A stretch of DNA of 63,892 bases, counting the filler, from Octopus bimaculoides (taxonomy: Eukaryota): NCBI RefSeq assembly GCF_001194135.2. It is 5 parts of 5 records of this genome, joined end to end, with 100 filler letters (N's around TTAATTAATTAA, not from the genome) between each part and the next. Parts side by side here need not be neighbours in the genome. Positions count along the whole stretch, not along the records: positions 34,070 to 54,760 come from NC_069009.1; 4 more parts are not named here. One strand, given 5' to 3'. Numbering within the stretch: the first letter of the stretch is position 1; the number at the start of each line of letters is the position of its first letter. Position numbers and translations under genes: made by a program. The notes beneath the pieces were generated by a model. The model searched no databases. It had not been told where the DNA came from and was given only the letters and a program-made list of their open reading frames with translations. Shown one piece after another: positions 36,612 to 49,759 of this stretch.

Positions 36612-37537
36612 NNNNNNNNNNCACACAGTATAGACACCCCGATCACTCAGGGAGCTTCAGGCAAGCACCCCTTTCCTTTTCATTCTATCCATCCTACAGG
36701 CGCTTACTTAGGGTAGAGCTATTTACACAGGCTATGTGAAACGAATCACTGGTTCCTAGTAAACTGGGCATGTGTGTTAAAACCAAGCACTCTCGTGTAC
36801 AGGGTAAATCGATAATTTATTTCAAATGATTGTTAGAAATGCAGACTATATTATGATTTCTTTCGAAAGTATAATGACGATTTCTAAAAAAGTTGAAATC
36901 GCCTATNNNNNNNNNNNNNNNNNNNNNNNNNNNNNNNNNNNNNNNNNNNNNNNNNNNNNNNNNNNNNNNNNNNNNNNNNNNNNNNNNNNNNNNNNNNNNN
37001 NNNNNNNNNNNNNNNNNNNNNNNNNNNNNNNNNNNNNNNNNNNNNNNNNNNNNNNNNNNNNNNNNNNNNNNNNNNNNNNNNNNNNNNNNNNNNNNNNNNN
37101 NNNNNNNNNNNNNNNNNNNNNNNNNNNNNNNNNNNNNNNNNNNNNNNNNNNNNNNNNNNNNNNNNNNNNNNNNNNNNNNNNNNNNNNNNNNNNNNNNNNN
37201 NNNNNNNNNNNNNNNNNNNNNNNNNNNNNNNNNNNNNNNNNNNNNNNNNNNNNNNNNNNNNNNNNNNNNNNNNNNNNNNNNNNNNNNNNNNNNNNNNNNN
37301 NNNNNNNNNNNNNNNNNNNNNNNNNNNNNNNNNNNNNNNNNNNNNNNNNNNNNNNNNNNNNNNNNNNNNNNNNNNNNNNNNNNNNNNNNNNNNNNNNNNN
37401 NNNNNNNNNNNNNNNNNNNNNNNNNNNNNNNNNNNNNNNNNNNNNNNNNNNNNNNNNNNNNNNNNNNNNNNNNNNNNNNNNNNNNNTCTATCCATCCTAC
37501 AGGCGCTTACTTAGGGTAGAGCTATTTACACAGGCTA

Positions 37538-38020
37538 TCCTCGCAACATTCACTAACCTTCCAACGAACTTCCTGGGCGACAACACCTCACTCTCCACCC
37601 TCACTTTCCTTTCCAGGCGGAACCTGAAAAAATTTAATGAGTCTTTAGCTTAAGACGAAAGACTCTGTCGTCAACCATTTCAGATGCATCCACCTCTTTC
37701 GCTAAAGTCACCAGACAAACTGCCTGACCTTCCCGGAGAAGGGGAAGTGTCGGGGCGGCCATCACGATGGAGTCGGACAATAGTCGGATCCGTCCTACTC
37801 CCGACAGTAGCTGTTCGATAACGCTTCACAAGTTAGCAATATCCGACCACTGTATGTCTGCGTGTAGGACGGTTTCGTTGTTCTATGCGCATTTTGGGTA
37901 GGAACAGCTGACCGCATTTCCGTACCTGCAGAGCTTGTCTCGGACCGGCAGAGGGCCTGTTAGAACTGCCTGACTAGGGATTTCTGGAAAATATCCATGA
38001 ACCCCCTGTCCGAATGTTGT
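37538..38020 (-). mobile_element. L1/Tx1-like ORF2 C-terminal (zf-RVT-like) fragment
   Basis: The minus strand reads LPVRDKLCRYGNAVSCSYPKCA*NNETVLHA, resembling the LP.RD.L......CP.C....ET..H motif of L1-clade ORF2 C-termini. Confidence 0.65.
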
Positions 38021-38029
38021 CTTATTTCA

Positions 38030-38600
38030 CTCATCTGTAGAAATGAATACATTTATATTTGATAAAATGCTTTTGAGAAAATGATTTACCAGCGATATCA
38101 CATTGATATTTTTCACTCCTGTATGAATACATTTGAGATTAATTAAGGTACGTCCCTCAGAGAAAGACGTATCACAGATATCGTAGTAATACAGTTTCCC
38201 TCGTATTAATTTGTTTGTGTCTCGTCTACTGAACTTTTTGAGAGAATGATTCGCCACTGATAACACACTGAGATCGTTTATCTCCTGTAAGAGTGCACCT
38301 GCGCATAGCTAAAGCACATCTTCCAGAGAATGACATACCACAGATATCACTGTGATATTGTTTCTCTCTTGTTTGCACATCTCTAAGATCAATCTAGTTA
38401 CTTTCTCTACGGAATCTTTTGCCACAGATATCACAAGTGCATAATGATTTCCCTAGCACTTTCGACATCTCTTCAGATTAGAAAAAAAGGAAAGCCTTTT
38501 AAATTTTTAACTTAACTCATCTTCCCATAATTTTTCATTATCCACAAAATATATGGATATTTTTCCTCCTCCTCTTGAATACTTGTTCTGTGAGATTTCT
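38030..38600 (-). pseudogene. Degenerate C2H2 zinc-finger array (ZNF remnant 1)
   Basis: Repeated ~84-nt units such as TCDICGKRFRRESN*, QYHSDICGMSFSG, YYYDICDTSFSEGRTLINLKCIHTG and CDI.GKSFSQK, with stops, frameshifts and lost Cys/His. Confidence 0.85.
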
Positions 38601-39884
38601 ATCATCTGTGATCATTATCGGTAACTGCAAACAGTCAAAACTCCTTTGTAAATTTGTCCCAGTTTGATTAAAACGTAAAACCATCTTTTACGAAGGTTCG
38701 GGCATAGCTATGTCGTAAGAAGTTTGCTTCCTAACCACATGGTTCACGGTTTAGTCTCACTGCATGAGACCTTGGGCAAGTGTTTTCTACTATAGCCATG
38801 GGCCAACCAAAGCCCTGTCTATGGATTTGTTAGACAAAGACTGAAAGAAACCTATCGTATATGTATATATAGATTGATAGATTTATCTGTGTGTGTCTTT
38901 CTGTCTGTGTTTGCTCCACCACCGCTTGACAACAGGTGTTGGTGTGTTTGCATTCCTGTAACTTAGATGATTAGCAAAAGAAAGACTGGTAGAATAGATA
39001 CCAGTCTTTGAAAAAATAAAACCTGGGTCGATTTATTGAACTGAAATCTAAAGGCGGTGCCCCATCATGGCCACTGTCTAATGAAAGAATCGGATAAAAG
39101 ATAAAGAAATTGCAATTAATCTCAGTTTAGAAGAAATATTTCACAGTAATTCACCTTAGATTATATATAGGCAAGTTATTAATTTATGATGTATAAAATC
39201 TTCCATTTGTGTTTTAAAAGGTGATCAATATTGATGATGAATCTGAAGTAACAATTTCTTTATGCCTCTGACATCTGATATTCTGGAATAAGATACAAAC
39301 AATATGATATAGAAAATACTTATGATGTAGAAAATATACGATATAGAAAATAATTTAGATTAACTGTTTTACATTTTAACTGGCTTTATCCAGCCCAAAT
39401 ATTCTACCTGTTTTCTATTCCAACTGTTCGGATCTTACCTCTCATACCTACCTAACACTGTCATTCAAAAAGTATCAATCACATAAAAGTCTTCAAGCCA
39501 GAAGATAATGCATAATTGATTTAAAGGAGTGTACATAAGGAAACATCATATATGAGGGAATATTTTAGAAAATATATTAGCAACCAAATGTGGGTATATA
39601 TTCAGAATGTCCTTGTCTTCCTGCCACACACAGGCATATATATATATAGGCGCAGGAGTGGCTGAGTGGTAAGGAGCTTGCTTATCAACCACATGGTTCC
39701 GGGATCCTTCCCACTGTGTCGACCCTTGGGCAAGTGTCTTCTACTATGTCCTCGAGCCGACCAAAGCTTTGTGAGTGGATTTGGTAGGCGTCGTATATAT
39801 GTATATATATACGTATGTGTGTGTATATGTTTCTGTGCAATACATTACGGCTATTAAATCAATCAGGAGAAGTGAAACAAGAGA

Positions 39885-40230
39885 GACGAGCGCAAAAATA
39901 CTTAGTGGAAGTAAGAAAAGAGAGGAGACCATTATTCTGCGCATCAATCTCCGACCCAGCGAGACGACCTTCCCTTTAGTATAAGTGGACGACAGTTTCC
40001 TGTTATCCCAGCATTTGCAATGACTATAAACAAATCACAAGGGTTGAGCGTCAATAATATCACCAGTTTTCAGCTATTGGCAATTTTTTTATGTTGCATT
40101 GAGTACAAATAGAAGTTGTAATAATATTAAAATGTTGGTGAAGGACCATCCAGAACAAGGTGAACTAATTGCGTGTTGTTTTCACTAGGAACGTAGTGCT
40201 GGAGCAATTACTGACATTAGTGTGGTAATA
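39885..40230 (+). mobile_element. Helitron PIF1-like helicase C-terminal fragment
   Basis: AKILSGSKK...ILRINLRPSETTFP..QFPVIPAFAMTINKSQG...GQ.FYVALS...IKMLV...TRNVV. These are the Helitron helicase motifs FAMTINKSQG and GQLYVALSR. Confidence 0.85.
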
Positions 40231-40439
40231 TTTTTATTTCAATTTTTTTATCCGTATCATTTTCATGACGTCATTTCTGATGGCACGGGTACAACAGTTT
40301 TTCAATGAAAAGCAAAACGTTTGACGGCACTTGGCTGTGGTTTGGAGCATGAGATGAAACCGACTGTAGATGAAATCATTTAATAAATGATTCGTAAGTA
40401 TCTTTTGGTTTTGCATGAAAAAGCGATTCAGATTTAGAC

Positions 40440-41675
40440 GTGTGATGACGTATAGGTGAATATATTTCCAAAAATCTTTTGAAGTATCCATCAATCAGAT
40501 ATAAGAAGAAAACTTCAAATTTAGGGGTTTTAGCACTCATTTCTAGAAACACGCGAGGCTCTATATGTGACTGATTAATCATGTTACATACAAAACACGC
40601 CTTGGGGCTGTCCGAATTTCAAAGAGGCCGTATTGTGGGTTAATCTGAGTGTAGTTTTACTGATATATAGTCATGTTCTTGAATCTTATATGAAAAACAA
40701 CGCAAATTTTATGAGACAAACAATGCAGTAAATTTTCTTATAGAAGCTTCTGAAAGTGTTCTTCAGTTTCCTATGAAAATAATTGCAAAATCTGGCTACA
40801 TGACAATAATGTCATGCAAAGTTCTAGAGCGTTTATAGAACAATATATATCATCAACATTTTGTAAATTGTCCTACAGTTTTATACGTTAAACTACTCAA
40901 ATTTAAAGATCATTGGCTACAGTTTTTGACAGTGGTTTCTTAAGAATTCTTCAGTTTTTATGTGAAAAAGTAAGTGGGGTTGAAGCCACATCATTTCCCT
41001 TCTTATTATGAAGAGTGACCACATAAAGAAAATTTCTTTTAAATCCTTCTATAAAGTATCAATTGTATATGCAAAACAACGCAATACGGTAGGAAATGTG
41101 CTGTTATTTCTAGCATGGTCTCATATCACATATCACACAATTATTGTTAATAAATGCTTCTTAAATTGTCCTTCAGCATTTAGAATTTTAAAAATTATTG
41201 AAGTTATGGACACCACAGTAATTATCTAATTAATCATACGGCAGAAATATGGCAGCGTATTTAAGACGCTCAGTTTGTAACAAGGAGGTTTGGGGTTCAG
41301 TTCCACTTGTGTGGAACCATGGGCCAGTATCTTCTACTATATTGACAGAGGGAGAGTGAATGGGACCGCGTCGTAAATATATATACATATATATAAAAAT
41401 ATGTATGTGTGTATGTATATATGTATGTGTATGTGCGTATATGTGTGCGTGCGTGTGCTTGTCTCTCGAACAATATTACACTTACGGTGTTGCTCTATTT
41501 ACGTTCCTAAAAAGTAGAGATTCAGCAATAGAGCCCTCAATAATATGGAGCAAACTTACAAATAAGAAATTATATTCTGGGCGCGATTTATTCGATCAAA
41601 TGTTTTGAAAACGGTGCCCCAGCATGGCAGCTGTTAAATGACTGGAACAAAGAAAACGTTAAATAAGGCGCAGGG
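40440..41675 (+). repeat. Left arm of an old ~1.2-kb inverted duplication
   Basis: It is the reverse complement of about 45050-46570 along ~800 bp of unique sequence plus a shared diverged SINE. Identity is roughly 75-80% by eye. Confidence 0.85.
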
Positions 41676-41879
41676 ATGGTTTGCTTCCCAACCAGATAGT
41701 TACGGATACGATTCCAATGCGTGGCTTATTGGGCAACTTTCTTCCACTGTAGACCCAGGACAACGCACAAACATGCACACTCACACACGCACACAGATAC
41801 ACATGCACATAGACACACACACGCACAGAGATACACACGTACACAGACACATGCGCACACATGCTTACCGACTGCACCA

Positions 41880-43260
41880 CTCCTCCCTCACCAAACACCC
41901 TCTCTTTCCCCCAGTACAGTCTATTATTACCATTTACCCTTATTTCCCCCTCTCTGAAGCGGAGAGCTCTCTTCTCAATATGTGTCTGCGTTTCACCCCG
42001 CCTCACTCCATTCAGTAACGAGTTTCAGACACGTGCAGCTATCCAGCACTTTATGTGCCGTGTCAGGTTACATTCACTATTTCACAACACTCTATCTGCA
42101 TCTAATAAAGAAAACAGCTTCACCGACCTGCGCCGCCGACCATCCCACTGGATGCCAGCTACTGGCCAGTTCCAAGCAGTTGATCAATTAGCAAGCATCT
42201 GCCAACATGTTGTGGGCAGGTCGAACTTTCGCAGGCGTCCCCGACATATCAACATCTCCCTGACCTAAATCTTGGCCCTTTGATGTCTCTGACGTTGCAA
42301 AAATATCGTCATCAAAGCGGCCGAAAATGTTGGGGCTCTAGTGGCGTAGCACGCAGACATTTACAAGGCTGAAGCTCTCTGTCAACTTCAAGACGCCTTC
42401 TTGTATTGCTCTCTACCATCCAACCCGAAGCCTAAGTACCAAAATACAGTGTCCACCATTATTCGCTTCATTTCCTTACCATCGCCTCCACCCTCACTGT
42501 CCGTACCCACCCCACTATTTACTTAGTGGCTTCCTCCCCTCACACATCCATGACACCAATCATGTTCTCCGTCTGTTTAAATCCTTCTCCTTCCCGTCTG
42601 GCCCGTCGCAACTTCTGTTCACACTTGACATTGAAAGTTTGTCTACGGTGATCCCACACAACAAAGGACATCTTACGGTTAAACACTTTCTTGATCTTTG
42701 GCTTGACTCTCAGCCTGACACCTCCACATTTCTTCGTCTGGCCGAATTTGTCCTCTTCCTCACATTTTTCTCCTTTGTGACGGGGTTTTACCAATTAGTC
42801 TCAGTAATGGCCATGGCAACGAGAATGTATCCAACTATGCGAACCTGTTCGTTGGCTACGTTGAGGCCGAAATATTCTCACAATTCACTGGTCCCACTCC
42901 CGAGGTATACGGTCGTTATATCGATGACTCTATTGGTCCGACATCACCCTTCCGCTACCAACTGGACTAGTCTTTCTCCTTTGTCCAATTCTCCTTTGTT
43001 TATCCTGCCCTCGAATCTTCCTGCACTATCTCTTACTCCGCCGAATTTCTCGACATTTCTGTCAACATACACCACTCCGCTCTCACTACCTCCATCCACT
43101 CCAAGCACAATGACTCACACTCCTATCTTAACGTCTCTCCTTCTAACCTACCTATATCAAGTTCTCTATCCCCTACTTCCAGACCCTCCATATACGGAGG
43201 CTCTGCAGTGATGACCATGGCTTTAAGAGTCACTCTCAACTCATTCAAACCCTTTTTTCC
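41880..43260 (+). mobile_element. Penelope-like element reverse transcriptase, decayed
   Basis: Fragments NIVIKAAENVGALV...EALCQLQD; DIESLSTVIPH; AMATRM.PNYANLFVGYVE...YGRYIDD; SIHSKHNDSHSYL...HPY; RLCSDD are PLE-type RT motifs. Confidence 0.85.
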
Positions 43261-43271
43261 CAATCGCCTTG

Positions 43272-44110
43272 TCATGTCGGGCCGCTGAAATGTACACTAT
43301 GTTCTCTCTCGTTTTTTTTTTCATTCTCACGATGGTTGTGTGGGGGTGCCCCATTTTTCTGAAAATAAAATTCCTCACCTTCAAAGTCTTCTGTAATGCT
43401 TGGAATTAAAGACTTTTGCAGCAATTTCAAGTAGATAAGACCAGTCCGAGTAGCGTCAAAAAAGGATGGCCAAATGAACCCTCTTGATGATAAGCCGCAC
43501 CACATTGTAATCTCTGGTAAATTAACATTGTGGTCCGCCATAACATGCGGATTATCAGGAGCCTAGTAAGTGCAATTCTGGCAGTTAATTTATCCATTTA
43601 ATTGGAACGTAGCCTCATCGCTCCACACAATCTTTGTTGGAAAGGGTGCATTTACTACTCATCGTGCCAAGTACCAATATTGCACTCTTTGTCTCTGGAT
43701 ATTCCTCATTAATAGCATGGACTAATCTTGTAACGTATCTTTTCCATTGACAATGCTTCAAAATGCGCTGGACAGAGGATCTTGAAATACCTACCTCACG
43801 ACTACCTTCCACACAGATTTTCTTGGACTTTGGTGATATGTTGCCAGTACTCCTTCTTGCTTTGTAGGGATTGTAGATGATCGTGGGCTTCCGGAATGCT
43901 ACTCGTCGATATTCTGAACATTTCAATTAGCTTCAAGCTCATCTCTAATTCGAGTGATGGTAAGTCGCGTTGGTGGATCTGTTTGAAACTCGCTCCTAGA
44001 CTGTATTTGCGCTTCAACTGCGTTTCCATACTTCCAGTTGTATTTTAGAAGTAATTTATTTTGTTCAAAGCTTAGTCTGACTGCCAACATTAATTCCACC
44101 GGGTTTCATC
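43272..44110 (-). mobile_element. Tc1/mariner transposase remnant (DD41D/rosa-like, 3'-truncated)
   Basis: SREVGISRSSVQRILKHCQWKRYVTRLVHAINE..; IVWSDEATF.LNG; [35 protein letters not shown]. The subfamily is inferred from motif style, because the third catalytic residue is missing. Confidence 0.8.
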
Positions 44111-44150
44111 TGGAAAGAAAAAAAACATCAATTGAATTATCAGATGCTAA

Positions 44151-44189
<39 letters not shown>

Positions 44190-44524
44190 TTCGTGAGTGG
44201 ATTTCGTACACAGAAACTGAAAGCAGATTGTCGTATATATGTGTATATTTGTTTGTGTGTGGGTGTATGTGTGTGTGTGTTTGAACACCACTATATCTTT
44301 GCAACCGATGTTGCTATGTTTACGTTCCCATAACTTAGCGGATCTGAAAAAGACACTTGTAGAATAGATACTAGGCTGACAAAGGGTGAATCCAGTGGTC
44401 GACTTGTTCGACCAAAGGTGGTGCTCCTGCATGGGTGCAGTCACATCTCTGAAACAAGTAATTTAATAAAAAAAAACTATGCCATTTTATTCCCGAGCAA
44501 CGACGAGTATCTCTGCTAGTATGA

Positions 44525-45045
44525 AATAAAGGGTTAAGTGGCTACAACGACACAGTTATATCGTCTTCCTGTGTGGATACCGTTATTCTTATTTATTCCT
44601 CTTTCAAGAAATGATTTTTGACATTGATACAGTAATTCTGCTGTGTATATAGATGCATGTTTAGTTAACTATCTTTTTTTAACGATATACCACAATATCA
44701 GTAAAATTCCTCAGTAATATGCTTTCTCTTCGGAATGAATAGTTAAAGAACCATTTTGAGGGAATAATTTACCACATACATAAAAATGATATGATGTTTT
44801 TTTTTATCTCCTCTATATAATTTTGTATAGTAACTTTACTACTTGCTGGGAACAATTGGCCACAAACATCATAATTATATGATCTCTCTCCTGTATGAAT
44901 GCCCTTGTGAATAGTTAATTTTTTCATTGCTAGAGTGATTTACCATAAATGTCACAGTGATATGGTTCTGCCCATGTATGAGTGCACTTGTATTGTAGCC
45001 TAACTAGGCTACAACATCTAGAGAGCGACTTCCCAAAGATATCAC
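44525..45045 (-). pseudogene. Degenerate C2H2 zinc-finger array (ZNF remnant 2)
   Basis: The minus strand contains the finger relics TGTGATATCTTTGGGAAG, CCATATCACTGTGACATTTATGGTAAATCA, ATTCATACAGGAGAG and TGTGGTAAA. It is paralogous to 49945-50435. Confidence 0.85.
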
Positions 45046-45049
45046 AACT

Positions 45050-46570
45050 ATTTCTGCACTTTATCTAACGATTTCTTTGTTCCTGCCATTCAACTGCGTC
45101 GACGCTGAGGCCACATTTTCCTATTATTTGGTCGAACAAATCAAGCCTTGAAAATAATTCTTTATTTCTAAGCTAGGTTCTTGTTCTTTCGGGTTCTATT
45201 GCCCTATCGCTATTTTCTAGGGACGTAAATGGAACAACACTGTCGGTGAATTATTAGTCGAGGGACAAGCACAAATACACACACACTCGCACACACTCAC
45301 ACACACAAATACACACATGTATACATACATACAGATACCAATTTTTACGTATATTTATATATTTACCACGAGCTTCCATACAGTTTCCCCTCTGCAAATA
45401 TAGTATGAAGACACTTGCCCAATGTTCCGCACAAATGGAACTGAAACCCAATCTTTCCTGTTACAAGGAGTGTCTTAACTACGCTGCCATTTCTTTGACT
45501 AACGATTAGTTAAATAATTACTGTAATAAAAATTAAATGCGCCCTTTTAAAGTCTAGCCAGGCCCATGGGCCTGGTTTCTCGGTTTCAATGGCGTATGTG
45601 TTCTCCAGTCCACCGAAGCGTTACTCATTTTTGCCAGCTGAGTGAACTGGAGCAACGTGAAAATGAAGTGCTGTGATCAAGAACACAACGCTTCGTCCGG
45701 TCTAGGAATCGAAACCGCAATCTTACGACCATGATGCTGACACCCTAACCGCTAAGCTACGCGCCTCCGCAGATAATTACTCTGGTGTTCATAAATTAAA
45801 TAATTTAAAAAATTCTAACTGTCGAAAGACAATTTAAGAAACATTTGTAAACAAAAATCCTGTGGTATGTGATATCAGACCATGCTAGAAATAACACCAA
45901 ATGTCCTGTGATATTGTGTTGCTTTGCACATAAAAGTGAATGGTACTTTATAGAGGGATTTAAAAGAACATTTATTTATGTGGTCATTCTTCATCGTAAG
46001 AAGAGAAACCCACCTTCTTTCTCATAGAAAATTTAAGAATTATTAGGAAACATTTTAAAAAGAAATTAGCCTGTATTCGTTCTCACTGCAATGAAAAACT
46101 GTATCCAATGACATTTAAATTTGTGTAGTTCATCACATAAAAATGAACGACACTTTACAAAATGTTTATAAAATATATTGTTCTATAAACAGTCTAGAAT
46201 TGTGCATGACATTATTGCCATGTAGCCGTCAATTTGCATTTATTCTTATAGGGAATTGAAGGACACTTTAAGAAGCTTTTATAAGAAAATTTGTTCCATA
46301 GTTTATCTCGACAATTTTGCGTTGTTTTTCATATAAGATTCAAGAACATTACTATATATCAGTAAAAATACAGTCAGATTGATCAACAATACGGCCTCTT
46401 TGAAATTCAAACAATCCCAAGGCTTCTTCTGTATGTGGCATGATTGAAGTCATATATAGAGCCTCACGTGTTGCTGGAAATGAGCACAGAACACCCTGAA
46501 ATTTGAGGTTTTTTTATACTATATGATTGAGGGTTACTTCAAAACATTTCTGTGAATAGGTCGTCTCACA
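45050..46570 (-). repeat. Right arm of the inverted duplication, interrupted by a younger SINE
   Basis: Reverse-complement match to 40440-41675, with an extra SINE at about 45525-45772 flanked by the direct repeat ATAATTACT. Confidence 0.85.
45525..45772 (-). mobile_element. tRNA-derived SINE, family B, with target-site duplication
   Basis: The minus-strand head is GCGGAGGCGCGTAGCTTAGCGGTTAGGGTGTCAGCATCATGGTCGTAAGATTGCGGTTTCGATTCC, and ATAATTACT flanks both sides. Related copies lie at about 51595-51900 (-), 53930-54250 (+), 59629-59985 (+) and 62550-62690 (-). Confidence 0.8.
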
Positions 46571-47789
46571 TCATGTTAGAAATAACAGCCAAGTACCTTC
46601 AGATAGGAATAGTTGTTCATGCAAAACCGAAAGATACTTAAGAAACATTTGTTGAAGGATTTATTCTATAGGCGGTTTCATATCAAGCTACAAAGAACAA
46701 TCAAGTGCTTTCAAATCTCGTTTTGTATTTTATTCAAAAATTAAATGTAATATTAATGAGAAAAATAACTATTTTTAAACCTAATGTAATTTTACAAAGT
46801 ATCTATAAAATTAATCTACTCCAGGTGGTCTGGCATAATCGCAGAAATAATAATTGTTTTTCATACAAAAAAAGATCACCCTAAGAAGTGAAGAAGCATC
46901 TGTAAAGATATTGTTCTGCAGTGCAAGTGATCACACAACACACTAGAAATAACAGCCATTTACTTTGAATTTTGCATTCCTTTTAATACAAATCAAGCTG
47001 TTTCTTCGTGCCTCGATACATAAAGAAAAGTATCTATTTATAAGTATGTATGTAAGTAAGAGTGGCTGTGGGGTAAGTAGGTTCCTTATCAAGCACCTGC
47101 TTCTGGGTTCCCTCCAACAGCGTGGCACCTCGGGCAAGTATTTTCTACTATAGCCTCGGGCCGATCAAAGCCTTGTGAGTGTATTTAGTAGAAGGAAAAT
47201 GAAAGAAGCCCGTCGTATATATATATGGTTGAAGTGTATATTGGGCATAACAATTTTTATTTTAAAAAATTCAAAACTTTGGCCACGACTATCTATGTGT
47301 GTGTGTGTGTGTAAGTTCATTTTTCAGATTGTGCGAGTGTGTATCTGTATGTTGTTTTATGTTTGTGTGGTCCACGAAAATGTTCTGGTTTGATTACCTC
47401 AAACTCTGGGTGTATTTTGATTAGAAAATTTCTGAATTTCTTTTGGTGACTGTAGGCTCACTTTGCTGTCCAACCACCTATTGGTCAGTGAAATATCTCA
47501 AGTGTTGCCGGGGTTTCGAACTGGGTTACGCACACGATACATAGGCATTTGAATTCATTTTTTTACATTCCTTTCACACGGAATTTCGTCTATCCGAAAG
47601 CTCTGAGGAGACATATATATATATATGGGAATTGAATTAATTATATACCACAAAATATATATACGTCGAAAAATATTGTTATATCGTTTGCTTTTTTTAA
47701 TAATTGTCTTTGTTATTTCATATTATGTTGTATTATAATATAAATAAATTATGCGAATTTGATTTTCAATTGAATCTATTTTATTGTAT

Positions 47790-47835
<46 letters not shown>

Positions 47836-48075
47836 TTTTATTAATTTGTTTTAGTCAATTGACTGCGGTCATGCTGGAGTACCGCTTTTAATCGACCGAA
47901 TCGACCCCAGGTCGTATTCTTTGTAAGCCTGGTACCTATTCTATAGGTATCCATTGCAGAACTGCTAAGTTACAGGGACGTAAACACATCAACATCAGCT
48001 ATCAAGCGATGGTTGAGGGATAAACACAGGCACGCAAACATATGCACATACACGCATATTTGTATATCAATCTAT

Positions 48076-48145
<70 letters not shown>

Positions 48146-48214
48146 GTAAATAGAATATGTGACAAGGATGATGGGGCGGAAACTCACGCCGGCATCTCTT
48201 CAGTTTTCGGGCCC

Positions 48215-48275
48215 GATAACTGAAGAGATGCCGACGTAGGTTTCCGCCCCGACATCCGGAACTCGGAGTTTTATC
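48215..48275 (+). ncRNA. Degenerate type-I hammerhead ribozyme candidate
   Basis: Stem I is GATAA(48215-19)/TTATC(48271-75), the core is CTGAAGA (48220-26), and stem II is GATGCCG/CGACATC. GGAA replaces GAAA, stem III is minimal (ACTC-G-GAGT), and the GUU site ends at 48270. Confidence 0.45.
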
Positions 48276-48789
48276 ATGGCTACCGAAGAATTGTAGCTTA
48301 TTATCTTTACAGATAAACTCCTCAATTTACATAATATTTAGGTCTCTTTCATTCTTGTGTTGTCTTACCATTTCTATCAATATATATATATATACGCAAA
48401 CATACACACAGAAATATTGTATAATTCGTTATTAAATAATCATTTACTAGTTGTTATTATAGGAATTTGATAAGAATAAACATTTTTTATATTTCTATTC
48501 TTTATTTTTAAAATAGTTTTACTGTATATTATTTTATATTTCTTTCCTCGTTGTATTCTTCTAACCATTCCCGATCACAAATCTTTGCTAATTCCCTTTC
48601 ATTTGCCTTCCTCTATCCCCAAAGACTACCCTACTACTACTTCTCTCTATCACCTCATTAGCTTTTCTTTCCCTTTCTTTCTCGTTATTTCTCTTCTCCT
48701 TCTTCTTCTACTTTGCTCAGTAGCCACATCTAGTGCTATTCTCTCACAAACCAGCCACCTCAAAATGAACATAGCATAACTATTACTGC

Positions 48790-48826
<37 letters not shown>

Positions 48827-49759
48827 ATAAAATTTACTTTGAAGAGGATGCGTGGCGTTGAATCATATAATCATATAAATGATATATATATGTATATATG
48901 TATGCATATATGCATACGTATATGTACATACATCTATACGTATATATATATATATAAGCATATGAGGGCAGAAGACGTCATGAAACGTCTACAACAAAAA
49001 CTATGCAGCACGAGTACATGGAACATGAGCTAGTCTGTTGAACAAAGAAAGACACAAATGGAAAACAAAACAATGACCCTTCATCAGTTGTTGACTGTTT
49101 TTCTAGTCTCGTATTTCGAGCATTTAAGAACATCTTAAATGCGTCTATGTATTCAAGTAAGACTGTGTACGTGTGTGCTTGTTATGGTGAGCGTTCACAT
49201 GTGTGTGTAAGGGTCTTTAGGTATAATGTGTTTGTACATTTATATATAATGCATATGTGTACAAGTATAGATTTGTCTCTGTATTTTGAGGGCGTGTGTC
49301 TGTGTTTCTGCATGTTCTTTTATATATGTATATGTTAGGAAAACTTTCTGGTCCAGATATCACAGATACTATGATTTGAGATGTGTCGAGATTATAGAAT
49401 GTCTCACACAGATACGCATCTACTGTTTTGGTCAAGTGTTGCCTGAGGTTTTACATACATAACAATATATGTAATTCTAATATTGGTGTTTCATTGAACA
49501 TTGAAAATATGAAAGGGGTATAAGCGTTTTAAATGAAAATTGTACAATTATTATGCCATAATAAAAGATTTGAAAACCAACAAGCTTCAGCATCTTTTAA
49601 TAGTAAAATACATTTGTCTGTTTATATCTTATATTGCTATTGACCAAGTTTATTTCCCTGAAGATGCCAAGATCCTTTCTTCTTTCCTACTTATTAAAAC
49701 TTTCGTCGTTGCTATGTTTTACCTAAGGTCTCATACCAGTGTAATGGCCAGGGTACTAA

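Noticed and set aside
25940-38020. ORF1-like (26 kb) and zf-RVT/3' end (36-38 kb) fragments as one L1/Tx1 element
   Set aside because: On the minus strand the 3' end precedes ORF1, and an artificial join lies between them, so they are separate insertions.
48965-49125. CAGAAGA..GAAACGTC (+) and CTGATGAAGGG with an upstream CGAAA (-) as further hammerheads
   Set aside because: The core is mutated or stems I/III cannot be built. At best these are Penelope terminal-repeat relics.
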